Made by a program: the position numbers and the translations under genes
Part shown: positions 26,751-35,593 of the stretch, one piece after another
Numbering within the stretch: position 1 is the stretch's first letter
Layout: the number at the start of each line of letters is the position of its first letter
Notes under the pieces: generated by a model
Seen by the model: the letters and a program-made list of their open reading frames with translations, nothing else
Told to the model about the DNA's origin: nothing
Database searches by the model: none
Virus record (IMG/VR): IMGVR_UViG_3300010352_001202
Direction: 5' to 3' (one strand)
DNA: 64,000 nt
Source: a virus
Taxonomy: Duplodnaviria; Caudoviricetes

Positions 26751-26759
26751 GGAAAGCAA

Positions 26760-27356
26760 ATGAGAAACGCACTGATTCCGATCGTAGTAGAACAAACCGC
26801 ACGCGGAGAACGCTCGTACGATCTATATTCACGCATGATGAAAGAACGAGTTGTGTTCTTCACCGGCGAAGTTGAAACCAATATGTGTAATGTGATGATT
26901 GCACAATTACTGTTCCTGGAAGCAGAAAATCCGGAACAACCCATCAACATGTACATAAATAGTCCGGGAGGCAGTGTTTATGATGGTTTAGGCGTGTATG
27001 ATGTCATGCAGTATATCAAGTGCCCTGTGGCAACTTATGTTACTGGAATGGCAGCTAGCATGGGTAGCTTTATTGCTCAAGCAGGTGCGCCGGGTATGCG
27101 TTATCTTCTACCTCGCGCCATTACAATGATTCACCAGCCTTCATCGGGAACACGCGGTAAGGTTTCGGACATGGAAATTGACTTGATCGAAAGTTTGCGT
27201 ATCAAGAAGGAAATGACCGAACTCTATGTGAAACATAATTCGAAGGGAGTTCAGTACGAGAGATTTGTTGAGTTGATGGATAGAGATAAGTGGCTCACCG
27301 CCCCTCAAGCTCTTGAACTTGGCCTTGCAGATCATATCGTCGAAAAGAGAGCATGA
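26760..27356 (+). CDS. clpP: Clp protease proteolytic subunit
   Basis: [35 protein letters not shown] (Ser), MIHQP (His), DRDKWL (Asp). Confidence 0.97.
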   Translation: MRNALIPIVVEQTARGERSYDLYSRMMKERVVFFTGEVETNMCNVMIAQLLFLEAENPEQPINMYINSPGGSVYDGLGVYDVMQYIKCPVATYVTGMAASMGSFIAQAGAPGMRYLLPRAITMIHQPSSGTRGKVSDMEIDLIESLRIKKEMTELYVKHNSKGVQYERFVELMDRDKWLTAPQALELGLADHIVEKRA

Positions 27357-27673
27357 TAACAGTAACAGATAAAGCAAAAGAAAAGATTGTCGATGTACTA
27401 ATCGGGGAAAAAATGCCTTATCTCCGATTTGGCCTCCAAGGCGGCGGATGTAACGGATTTCAGTATTACTTTGCCCCATCAGATGAAAAAGATGAGGATG
27501 ATACTGAATTACCGTTGTCTGACGGATATACACTTATTGTGGATGCAATGAGTATGATGTATCTGGAAGAAGCTGAGATCGATTATAAGAAAGATATCAT
27601 GGGCGAGACTTTTGTTTTCAATAATCCAAACACAAAAACAAGTTGCGGTTGTGGTAGCAGCGTAGGCTTCTAA
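27353..27673 (+). CDS. A-type Fe-S carrier (IscA/ErpA, HesB family)
   Basis: [31 protein letters not shown]. Confidence 0.95.
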   Translation: MITVTDKAKEKIVDVLIGEKMPYLRFGLQGGGCNGFQYYFAPSDEKDEDDTELPLSDGYTLIVDAMSMMYLEEAEIDYKKDIMGETFVFNNPNTKTSCGCGSSVGF

Positions 27674-28407
27674 TGGAAGACCTCGAGCAGCCATCTAAAA
27701 CATTACTCAGTCTCGAAGGGGTTCGTGGAATTTACGAATACTTGCTGGGCTGGGCCTTAAATGTTCCGTTGCAGTTTATATGTTCCAAAGGCGATAATCA
27801 TCCTGTTATGATTATTCCGGGCCTCGGTGGCGCAGACGGCTCAACCCATTACATTCGTAATTTCTTAACAAACATTAATTACGAAACACATCCTTGGGGA
27901 TTGGGAAGAAACTTTGGGCCTCGTGACGGTTTAGATACATTACTAAACAAACTTGCCGATCGTGTACGCGATATCTCAGAACAATCGGGCGGTAAAGAAG
28001 TTAGCCTAATAGGCTGGAGTTTAGGCGGTATCTATGCACGGGAAATTGCCAAGATTGCCCCAGAATCTGTAAGGCAGGTAATTACACTGGGTACACCCTT
28101 CAAGGGAGATGCCGCAGGTACCAACGCTACATTTTTATACGAAATGTTAAGTAAGGATAAGAGCCACCGTAATCCACAAATTTTGAAAAGAGTAGGTGAA
28201 GTTCCGCCGGTTCCGTTTACTTCCTTATACAGCAAATCCGATGGTGTAGTCCATTGGCAATGCTCGCTTGAGGAAGAAGGGCAATTTTCTGAAAATATCG
28301 AAGTTCCCGGTGCAAGTCATTTAGGATTAGGGCACAATCCAATATCCATGTATGTAATAGCTGATAGGCTAACGCAAACAAAAGATACCTGGAAACCGTA
28401 CAAATAA
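27673..28407 (+). CDS. Alpha/beta hydrolase (esterase/lipase)
   Basis: IIPGLGG, GWSLGG nucleophile elbow, TLGTP, SDGVV, SHLGL. Confidence 0.9.
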   Translation: MEDLEQPSKTLLSLEGVRGIYEYLLGWALNVPLQFICSKGDNHPVMIIPGLGGADGSTHYIRNFLTNINYETHPWGLGRNFGPRDGLDTLLNKLADRVRDISEQSGGKEVSLIGWSLGGIYAREIAKIAPESVRQVITLGTPFKGDAAGTNATFLYEMLSKDKSHRNPQILKRVGEVPPVPFTSLYSKSDGVVHWQCSLEEEGQFSENIEVPGASHLGLGHNPISMYVIADRLTQTKDTWKPYK

Positions 28408-28430
28408 GAAACCGCCGCAAGGCGGTTTTC
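28408..28430 (+). terminator. Intrinsic terminator
   Basis: AAACCGCC-GCAA-GGCGGTTTT. Confidence 0.85.
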
Positions 28431-28431
28431 G

Positions 28432-28476
28432 TATTGTGTCAATAAAAATTGACACAATATAAGTTTGTGTTATAAT
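28432..28476 (+). promoter_or_regulatory. sigma70-type promoter with a 12-bp inverted repeat over the -35 box
   Basis: TATTGTGTCAAT-AAAA-ATTGACACAATA; TTGACA(28449)-16-TATAAT(28471). Confidence 0.7.
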
Positions 28477-28503
28477 ACATTAATAAATTAGGGGAGATCG
28501 TTT

Positions 28504-28737
28504 ATGTCTGATAATAATACATATGTACCTATGAACGAGCTTATTCGTGAAAAGGAAAAATCCTGGACATTTACGCATATAAACTTGCCATATGCTGAAA
28601 TTGCTAAGAAGGGAATTGTAATTTGGTGCGTAGAAAATCTAGAAGGTAGATGGACTATGCTAGGTGGTAATAAATTCGGATTTGAAGACGGTACTGACGC
28701 AACTATGTTCAGAATGCAATTTGGACTGGGAATTTAG
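28504..28737 (+). CDS. Small protein of the FxxExDxxxFxL family
   Basis: WCVENLEGRW...FGFEDGTDATMFRMQF. Confidence 0.7.
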   Translation: MSDNNTYVPMNELIREKEKSWTFTHINLPYAEIAKKGIVIWCVENLEGRWTMLGGNKFGFEDGTDATMFRMQFGLGI

Positions 28738-28776
28738 CGTGGTATAAATAGTTTATCACACAAACGGGAGAATACC

Positions 28777-28974
28777 ATGTACGATAATGCAGAACTGAAC
28801 GAAAGACTAGTTATTATCAAGCATTCAAATCTTGATGATGCAGTAATCCTTGATGAAAATTACAAGCATCTTATGAGAGAAACTCCGAACCCAGAAGAAC
28901 AACAACAATTATTAGTCCTGCACAGGATTGTCGAGCGCAGGGTTAAGGAACTTTCACAAACACATAATGCTTAA
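28777..28974 (+). CDS. Hypothetical protein
   Basis: 65 aa, SD GGGAG, TATAAATA at 28743. Confidence 0.6.
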   Translation: MYDNAELNERLVIIKHSNLDDAVILDENYKHLMRETPNPEEQQQLLVLHRIVERRVKELSQTHNA

Positions 28975-30109
28975 TATTGCAAGAAATATCTATTTAGCCT
29001 GGAACACAACAAACCAAAAATTTGAATTACCTGAGGTAGAAGTAATACCAATCGGAGACTCGGCAAACGAGAAGCGGAAAGGTGCCTCTGCGACAAAGAA
29101 GTATGTAAATCTGCGTGAATTTGAAAATCGACCATTGCCCGGATTCGCACTACATAAGACCGATCGTAAAAATTGGGGATCAATCGATCAAACTTGGCTG
29201 GTCATTGATCCCCGCGGATTCCTAGTTAGAATCACAAACGATAATCTAGAACAGATCTTACATGTAACAGGAATTACAGAAGGGCTGATTCAAGAAAAGT
29301 GTATCTGGGCACGCAAAGATACACAGACAAAGACGATGTTGATTCCCGTAAGTTCTGCAAAATATGCAGAAGCAGTTTCGAATACAGAATTACTCGAAGG
29401 CAAGGTAAACATCAAGGATGTGCAAATCGGCGATGAAGTATTATTACAGAATCAGCTAAAAGGCACATACATGGGTGTTGTATCTCTATATGGCCCAATG
29501 AATGATTATTCTACAACATGCGTATATAAGCCGCAGGTCTATCTAAGGCGCCAGGTTGTTAAGATTTCCCCGGGAAAATATCACTATCAAACCGATGTGA
29601 AAATCCTAAAGGTTCTTAAGAAGGCAGCAACACCGCTAACACGGGAAGACTCAGTTGAAGAAATGAGTAAAGATATTGCCGGCGGCGCCGCGTACTTTAC
29701 CAGCAGTTCAAATATGAACGGTCGATATTATTCTATTCGCGGAGTTATATCTGCTGTATCGACCAACGCTGTTCCTAAGGTGTCAATGACATTTGAAGAA
29801 GTAGATAAAGTTGAAGCAGAAGCATTGTTTAATCTAGGAACGGTAAATAGCGACATTGGAAGACTATTATTAGTTGACAAGAGTGATAATAAATTCTTAG
29901 TTGATTATCCGTATTCGTTTAACAGCACGAAGACAACTTCAATACATGGCTTTGATGTATCGAGACTAACTCCGTGTACATTAGACAAGACTGAAATGAT
30001 TAAGCTAGATTATAAGCGACAAGCTTATTTTCCAGGTGTTCAGACACTTGACAATTTTGCGAAATTCTATAAAATAGTCAAACATGTAAAGGACAAGTCC
30101 TACATTTGA
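28967..30109 (+). CDS. Hypothetical phage protein
   Basis: 380-aa ORF; FENRPLPGF, WLVIDPRGF, GLIQEKCIWAR. Confidence 0.7.
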   Translation: MLNIARNIYLAWNTTNQKFELPEVEVIPIGDSANEKRKGASATKKYVNLREFENRPLPGFALHKTDRKNWGSIDQTWLVIDPRGFLVRITNDNLEQILHVTGITEGLIQEKCIWARKDTQTKTMLIPVSSAKYAEAVSNTELLEGKVNIKDVQIGDEVLLQNQLKGTYMGVVSLYGPMNDYSTTCVYKPQVYLRRQVVKISPGKYHYQTDVKILKVLKKAATPLTREDSVEEMSKDIAGGAAYFTSSSNMNGRYYSIRGVISAVSTNAVPKVSMTFEEVDKVEAEALFNLGTVNSDIGRLLLVDKSDNKFLVDYPYSFNSTKTTSIHGFDVSRLTPCTLDKTEMIKLDYKRQAYFPGVQTLDNFAKFYKIVKHVKDKSYI

Positions 30110-30121
30110 CTAAGGATAGAA

Positions 30122-30532
30122 ATGACAAAAAATATCGATCTAAAAAAGTATGCACAATTTGTTGATGGCGTAACAGCCCAGCCAAGCAAGGAACTTCAGG
30201 CTCTTATTAGCCGAATGCAAGAGCTAGAAGCACAGGGCGCTAATGTTCCCCGCTTGCTTACAGCAGGCATTGGAATGCCTGGCGAATCTGGAGAGTTCAG
30301 CGAATTGGTAAAGAAGATTGTATTCCATGGTAAGGCATACGACGAAGAAAATATTACCAAACTGAAGAAGGAATTAGGCGATGTCGCTTGGTATTGGACT
30401 CAAGCTTGTCTTGCTCTTGATATCGACCCTAACAGTATTATTGCTGAAAATGTGGCTAAGTTAGAGGCACGCTACCCGGGTGGTAAGTTTTCTGTGTGGC
30501 ATGCAGAAAACAGGCAAGAGGGTGATGTCTGA
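30122..30532 (+). CDS. MazG-like nucleotide pyrophosphohydrolase
   Basis: GESGEFSELVKK, KKELGDVAWY, NVAKLEARYP. Confidence 0.9.
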   Translation: MTKNIDLKKYAQFVDGVTAQPSKELQALISRMQELEAQGANVPRLLTAGIGMPGESGEFSELVKKIVFHGKAYDEENITKLKKELGDVAWYWTQACLALDIDPNSIIAENVAKLEARYPGGKFSVWHAENRQEGDV

Positions 30533-31052
30533 TTTTAGAAAAATAATGTTGCCCATGATTCGGAGAATACTTCCGAGTCTTGTGGCACAGGAAATTATGA
30601 GCGTTCAGCCCATGACCGCATCAACAGGGAAACTATTTAAAATGGGATTAGGGCCGCCAGTTTGTACCTTATGCATGATTATAGGTACTCTTAACAATGA
30701 AGATAAGGGGCACCCCTGGCGTTGCCACAACTGTGGTGATTTTAAATTACCGGGGCACTTGTGGTCGTATACTGAAGATTTGCAACAATATATCCAGAAT
30801 AGAACTACATTGTATAAGGGTAGAAAAATTATGGAATCTAAAAAACTTCTACCTCATTCAGTAATAAAATCCTTCATGTTTGTTGGCAGCAATTTAGAGC
30901 CTAACGAACGGTATAGAGCATGGCTAGAAGAACATATTGGAAAACAAGGCGAAGCGTGGAACTGGGACATAAAATCAGTAACTGCTAACTTACTTGAAGT
31001 TTCTTTTGAACAGGAAGAGGATGCAGTCCTCTTCAGATTATCATGTCAGTAA
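30525..31052 (+). CDS. Fusion protein: Gol/gp23-like peptide + Zn ribbon + FxxExDAxxFxL domain
   Basis: IMLPMIRRILPSLVAQEIMSVQPMTASTG; CTLC...CHNC; WLEEHIGKQG..W.W...FEQEEDAVLFRL. Confidence 0.7.
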   Translation: MSDFRKIMLPMIRRILPSLVAQEIMSVQPMTASTGKLFKMGLGPPVCTLCMIIGTLNNEDKGHPWRCHNCGDFKLPGHLWSYTEDLQQYIQNRTTLYKGRKIMESKKLLPHSVIKSFMFVGSNLEPNERYRAWLEEHIGKQGEAWNWDIKSVTANLLEVSFEQEEDAVLFRLSCQ

Positions 31053-31077
31053 CAAAAGCATATGTTGATGCAATGGA

Positions 31078-31320
31078 ATGGTTATGGGTGTAAACTTCTT
31101 AGGATCTAAACCTCTCCATCCTCAATTAGGCGATGTCTATGTAGATCAAAATACCTACCGTAGTTATATATGGGAAGGCAATCAATGGGTGGCTTTTTCA
31201 ACTGCCGAACCTGCTCAAGCACTTATTCCTACGGAAGAAGAACTTAATAAGCATCCTGCACTGAAACAGGCGTGGGAAGAATATATGGTTATTAAAAGGT
31301 TAATAGGCAGTGGAAAATAA
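31078..31320 (+). CDS. Hypothetical protein
   Basis: PQLGDVYVD..YIWEGNQW; HPALKQAWEEY. Confidence 0.65.
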   Translation: MVMGVNFLGSKPLHPQLGDVYVDQNTYRSYIWEGNQWVAFSTAEPAQALIPTEEELNKHPALKQAWEEYMVIKRLIGSGK

Positions 31321-31489
31321 TAAATAGGAAAAAGTCGAAGGCTGGTTTCTAATACCTTCGAAGGAAGAACAAACACTCTTGATTCTGCAAGGTAAATGCC
31401 CGCATAATAAAGCATGGTACGAGGACGGGCATTCGCATAACTCCACTGCCTATAAATGTAGTATGTGTCGTGAGATTAAATTCTGGTAA
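31310..31489 (+). pseudogene. Small Zn-finger ORF with in-frame TAG near its 5' end (or a shorter gene starting at TTG 31379)
   Basis: GTG-ENNK-TAG-EKVEGWFLIPSKEEQTLLILQGKCPHNKAWYEDGHSHNSTAYKCSMCREIKFW-TAA; TAATG-coupled to the next gene. Confidence 0.5.
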
Positions 31490-31779
31490 TGGAATTCAAA
31501 ACAATAGTTCAGCATTGGAGATATGAAGACGGTTGGAGGGAAATTCCAACCATTCTTCGCGACAAATACGACGGGCGGGAAAAAGAATTTGATGAAGCTT
31601 TAGTAGGATGGCATTGCTGGGTCTATCCAGCAAATGATAAAGATTTTGCTCGCTGGATGAAAAAGAATATGAAAGGGAAGTACGAATGTGACTTCCGATT
31701 TAACTCGGGAGACCCAATGTTCACCGTCCTAATAAAAGATGATCAAGACGCTACCTTATTTAAATTAACCTGGATGTAA
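31489..31779 (+). CDS. Small protein of the FxxExDxxxFxL family
   Basis: C-terminal LIKDDQDATLFKLTW. Confidence 0.7.
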   Translation: MEFKTIVQHWRYEDGWREIPTILRDKYDGREKEFDEALVGWHCWVYPANDKDFARWMKKNMKGKYECDFRFNSGDPMFTVLIKDDQDATLFKLTWM

Positions 31780-31780
31780 T

Positions 31781-32080
31781 ATGAAAGAGCTAATTAGAAG
31801 ACTTATTAATTGGGCGCACAGTGGCGGCCAGGATGTAATTATCGGAGAACCCGTTCGTGGAAACTATAATCACACGAAAGTAAGAGAGAGTGTGGACATT
31901 GAAGATAACAGGTCTCTGAACTTCCGTGTATATAATGCATCGGGTGGAAAAATTGTACAGATGAGTTCGTACGATGCACGCACTGATAGGATGACTAATA
32001 ATCTGTATATTATTACCGATCAGGAAGATATGGCGACCGAACTCTCTCAAATCATCACAAGGGAAAGCTTGTCTAGATGA
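31781..32080 (+). CDS. Hypothetical protein
   Basis: LNFRVYNASGGKIV...YD..TDR....LYII. Confidence 0.7.
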   Translation: MKELIRRLINWAHSGGQDVIIGEPVRGNYNHTKVRESVDIEDNRSLNFRVYNASGGKIVQMSSYDARTDRMTNNLYIITDQEDMATELSQIITRESLSR

Positions 32081-32095
32081 TGCTGAATTCTGCTG

Positions 32096-32124
32096 TTGAC
32101 ACACCTGCTGTGTCATAGTAAAAT
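32096..32124 (+). promoter_or_regulatory. sigma70-type promoter with TGACACA/TGTGTCA inverted repeat
   Basis: TTGACA(32096)-17-TAAAAT(32119). Confidence 0.75.
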
Positions 32125-32154
32125 AGTAACTCAACAACCTACAGAAAGTGTAAT

Positions 32155-32415
32155 ATGAACAAGGCAACTACTCCTCCGGTCAACCTGAAGGAACAGAACG
32201 CGGCTCATACCTTCCGTGTTACGATTCGTGATCGTGACCATTTCTACAAGCTGGTCAACTGGCTCAATACCAATGTTGGTAAGGGCGAAGACAAGTGGAC
32301 GATGGAAGGCCGTGTGCTGAAGACGCTGAAGCAAGGCAAGACTGTCGCTCCGAAGATCTACATCTTCAAGGAAGACTTCGATCCGTCGTCGTCTCTGTAC
32401 CTGAGCCTCCTGTAA
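32155..32415 (+). CDS. Hypothetical early protein
   Basis: 86 aa, host-like codon usage; WLNTNVGKG..KW similar to the small-protein family. Confidence 0.7.
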   Translation: MNKATTPPVNLKEQNAAHTFRVTIRDRDHFYKLVNWLNTNVGKGEDKWTMEGRVLKTLKQGKTVAPKIYIFKEDFDPSSSLYLSLL

Positions 32416-32700
32416 ATGCTCTTTACGAAGGATTTCCTATACACCGACAACAAGGCAGCAATTGCGCTAAAGTTTGTCGAGAGTATGCGTTATCCTTCGG
32501 AAGACGAAGATTTAACAGTCGCAAAACTAAAAGACGATCTCTTGATTGAGGTTGTTATGACCTCTGGTAGGGAATACACCATTTCCACCCGGGCGCAGTT
32601 TAGCGATTCAGATTGGAGAGTAAAAGACGAAGGCATCGACGGTGCCCGTTCTTCCATCTTCGAAAAATGGTGTCGCATTTTAACAGGGAAATCAACATGA
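32416..32700 (+). CDS. Hypothetical protein
   Basis: 94-aa ORF abutting the previous stop. Confidence 0.6.
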   Translation: MLFTKDFLYTDNKAAIALKFVESMRYPSEDEDLTVAKLKDDLLIEVVMTSGREYTISTRAQFSDSDWRVKDEGIDGARSSIFEKWCRILTGKST

Positions 32701-32939
32701 GACTGCAAGGAAAGTGTATTGTCGGTGATCCGATTCGTATTACCAGTTTTACTGCTGACTGGATGTCTGTCCGTTTGCACCCTACAACCTTCTATCGCAG
32801 AATGGAAGAATTTCAGGAAGGCTTTGGAAAAACCAAGGGCCTATACACCGAGCTTGATCTTGGGCAGTTCATCCTGATTCGATTCTCCGAGAAGGAAGAC
32901 CTAACTGCCTTCCACAGAAGGCATCACGAAGTCCTTTAA
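32697..32939 (+). CDS. Small protein of the FxxExDxxxF family
   Basis: ATGA overlap; IRFSEKEDLTAF. Confidence 0.65.
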   Translation: MRLQGKCIVGDPIRITSFTADWMSVRLHPTTFYRRMEEFQEGFGKTKGLYTELDLGQFILIRFSEKEDLTAFHRRHHEVL

Positions 32940-33373
32940 TGGCAAAACTGTTGCACACCAGAGTAAAAGTACCGTTCGCGAATCCGTATGTGGTTCGCGT
33001 TCAGTATGAGAGTGATGTAACAGAAGAAGCGGCTCACGCAATGTTTAGAAAGACTATGCGGACCGCTTATAGACTAATCGAAGGTTCGTGGGGTTATTCG
33101 TCTTTAGAGTACGAAGAAGTGAAAGTAAAAGACGAGTTTAACCACCCTGCGCCGCCCGGTCCAGGGCATTTTGCTGGTATGCATCAGCAAGTTCAAATAG
33201 CATCCTTATTCAATCCCGATTATCAACGCAGACTGCGTGCTTACATTGTCTTTACGGATGAGCTCGATGCACTGCAATTTAGATTGTCTATTGATACAAA
33301 TTCCGTGCAAGTAAAAATGTGGCCGCAGCGTTGGTTCACTATCCATGAGGTAGTAGAAACGGATGAATCTTGA
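32939..33373 (+). CDS. Hypothetical protein with FxDExDAxxFRL motif
   Basis: YIVFTDELDALQFRL. Confidence 0.65.
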   Translation: MAKLLHTRVKVPFANPYVVRVQYESDVTEEAAHAMFRKTMRTAYRLIEGSWGYSSLEYEEVKVKDEFNHPAPPGPGHFAGMHQQVQIASLFNPDYQRRLRAYIVFTDELDALQFRLSIDTNSVQVKMWPQRWFTIHEVVETDES

Positions 33374-33971
33374 TCTATATACAGACGAATTTAGGGACTT
33401 CAAGTTCCTAAAGTGCAATGCATGGCAAGTCGAATATTATAAAAAGACAGCCGCACAACTCAATAAAATACAACCATGGGCACAGACAAATGATCCTAAT
33501 TTTGTCTGGCCCCATCGCCTTGAGTTCTTAGAACAATTGTTTGATTTAAGAAACGATACGCTTTATATTGTCGAACCCGGGACGCTCTACAACACGCATA
33601 AGGATAGATATTCTTACGACTTTGAGCAGGCTCGTCTAAGCGAAATTGTAAATCCTGTTGTGTTTAAAGGACATCCAATGATGCCGGGCGAAGGCTGGAT
33701 AGCACAACCGGAAGACATACCGGAGATAGAAGATTCAACTGAGAATCACGATTGGTATATTTGTTCCAAGGAATACTTTATAGCAGATCCAGACAATCAC
33801 AGAGATGATAGAGTTTTTAAATTCTTTGAAAATTCGTTAGTTCCGAGCGATTATCCCAGCTATATGGCTCTATTCTATAATAGGGAAACTGCCGTAAAAT
33901 ACCAGGAAGCCATAACAAGTTTCCTTCGTAAGAATAATGATTCAATTTCAGCAATTAGCAGGCTACTCTAG
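33363..33971 (+). CDS. Hypothetical protein
   Basis: 202-aa ORF. Confidence 0.65.
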   Translation: MNLDLYTDEFRDFKFLKCNAWQVEYYKKTAAQLNKIQPWAQTNDPNFVWPHRLEFLEQLFDLRNDTLYIVEPGTLYNTHKDRYSYDFEQARLSEIVNPVVFKGHPMMPGEGWIAQPEDIPEIEDSTENHDWYICSKEYFIADPDNHRDDRVFKFFENSLVPSDYPSYMALFYNRETAVKYQEAITSFLRKNNDSISAISRLL

Positions 33972-33977
33972 AGCCGA

Positions 33978-34008
33978 CATAAATACATTGTACTAAGGAG
34001 TATTTATG
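33978..34008 (+). promoter_or_regulatory. Late promoter complementary to the downstream start codon region
   Basis: CATAAATAC 33978-33986 pairs with GTATTTATG 34000-34008 (contains the ATG). Confidence 0.65.
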
Positions 34009-34254
34009 CACCCATTTTTGGATGTGAGTAAATTATCAGACGAAGAAATTATTGAGCGCCTTGGAAAAGCATATACATATATGAATGCTCAAGTAGCATT
34101 AGGACATAATCCTACCGTATTAAGTATCAAGGAAATAATTCAATCTCTAGAAGATGAAAGAAGTTTGCGCATGCGCAAGAATTTTGACGAAGAATATAAA
34201 AGAAAATACCCCGATGAGCTTAAACCCATCGAATTAGGTAAATTAGAAGATTAA
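34006..34254 (+). CDS. Hypothetical late protein
   Basis: MHPFLDVSKLSDEEI; SD AAGGAG. Confidence 0.7.
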   Translation: MHPFLDVSKLSDEEIIERLGKAYTYMNAQVALGHNPTVLSIKEIIQSLEDERSLRMRKNFDEEYKRKYPDELKPIELGKLED

Positions 34255-34265
34255 GGAAAAGTCTC

Positions 34266-34979
34266 ATGATGAAAAGGGGAAGACATTTAATCAAAAGCCA
34301 TATGACAATGGAGTATGCGTTTACCGGGATCAGAATTCAATCAGCATGCTTAACTCCGGTTGAATGGCATCTAACAGTAGACCTTGTAGCCACTGAGAAG
34401 AAAGGTAAAACAAAGACAGAAATCGAATACAATGCAGGTGTCACATATCAGAAGCTTTATTTTTGGTTAGACACAAATTTACCTAACATTGTGCTAGTTG
34501 ATGTCACTAATGAAGACGACTTGTATATTGCAAATTTATCAGCTAATATAGCACTGTATTGCCCGGCAAATCCCGGAGATGATTTGTTTGCACAGTTACT
34601 GCACTCTAAATTAACAGCATTGGCTGGTGAAGATTTACTCATAGGCGAAATACACCTAAAGGGTAGTGATATGTCACTTCAGTACACATTTGATTGTGTC
34701 GATGGTGCATATGACTTACCGATTGCAACAGCAGATTATTACACCGAAGGTACCACAAGAGATGAAATACCTTGGTGGACCAGAGATGATGGATTCTGCT
34801 TTGAATTTGTAAAGCCTGCAGATTCCGAAGTTAGCGATGAAGAATTGTTTAAAGACATTTTTGATCCTATGGATGAATTTGAAAGAATAATGAAAGAGGC
34901 TTCTGAGACACATATTGGTGTTGTTCGGGAACCAGCAAGGATAGTTCAGGTTGAAAAATGGAAACCAAAAACTGTATGA
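34266..34979 (+). CDS. Hypothetical protein
   Basis: 237 aa; PGDDLF, PWWTRDD. Confidence 0.7.
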   Translation: MMKRGRHLIKSHMTMEYAFTGIRIQSACLTPVEWHLTVDLVATEKKGKTKTEIEYNAGVTYQKLYFWLDTNLPNIVLVDVTNEDDLYIANLSANIALYCPANPGDDLFAQLLHSKLTALAGEDLLIGEIHLKGSDMSLQYTFDCVDGAYDLPIATADYYTEGTTRDEIPWWTRDDGFCFEFVKPADSEVSDEELFKDIFDPMDEFERIMKEASETHIGVVREPARIVQVEKWKPKTV

Positions 34980-35593
34980 CAGTCCCGTTTACCTATAGAA
35001 TTATATGCCCCAACGGCACTAAATATTACGGTGTAAGATATGCTATAGGGTGTAAACCCGATGATCTATGGAATACATATTTTACATCATCCAAAGAAGT
35101 TAAGGCTTTATTAACAATATTTGATAAAGAATTATTCATCTGCGATATAAGAAAAGTATTTAATAATAAGATAGATGCACTTAGTCATGAAGGTAGGGTA
35201 TTAAAAAGAATTGTAGATAAGCCGGGATGGTTAAATAAGCATAAGGGCGATTTAAAATTTCATAACTCGTCCCCGCATTCAGAAGAGACAAAAAGAAAGA
35301 TTAGTATTGCTATTACCGGAAAGAAACAATCATCCGAGACTATAGAAAAGCGAGTTAAAAAGAATACAGGTAAGAAAAGAATTAATCCACAAGGTCATGC
35401 TCAAACAGAGGAAACAAAGAAAAAAATTTCCAAATCTCGTAAGGGTTTACCGGGGCCTATGTTGGGAAAAATTCATTCAGAAGAAACAAGGAAAAAGATA
35501 TCTATAGCTAATTCTGGAAAAATTCATAAGCCACATTCAGAAGAGACAAAAGCAAAGATGAGAGAAGCATGGATTCGTCGAAAAACGGTGTAA
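34976..35593 (+). CDS. GIY-YIG-like homing endonuclease with NUMOD3 repeats
   Basis: PFTYRI...YYGVR, YFTSS, repeated HSEETKxKIS. Confidence 0.85.
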   Translation: MTVPFTYRIICPNGTKYYGVRYAIGCKPDDLWNTYFTSSKEVKALLTIFDKELFICDIRKVFNNKIDALSHEGRVLKRIVDKPGWLNKHKGDLKFHNSSPHSEETKRKISIAITGKKQSSETIEKRVKKNTGKKRINPQGHAQTEETKKKISKSRKGLPGPMLGKIHSEETRKKISIANSGKIHKPHSEETKAKMREAWIRRKTV

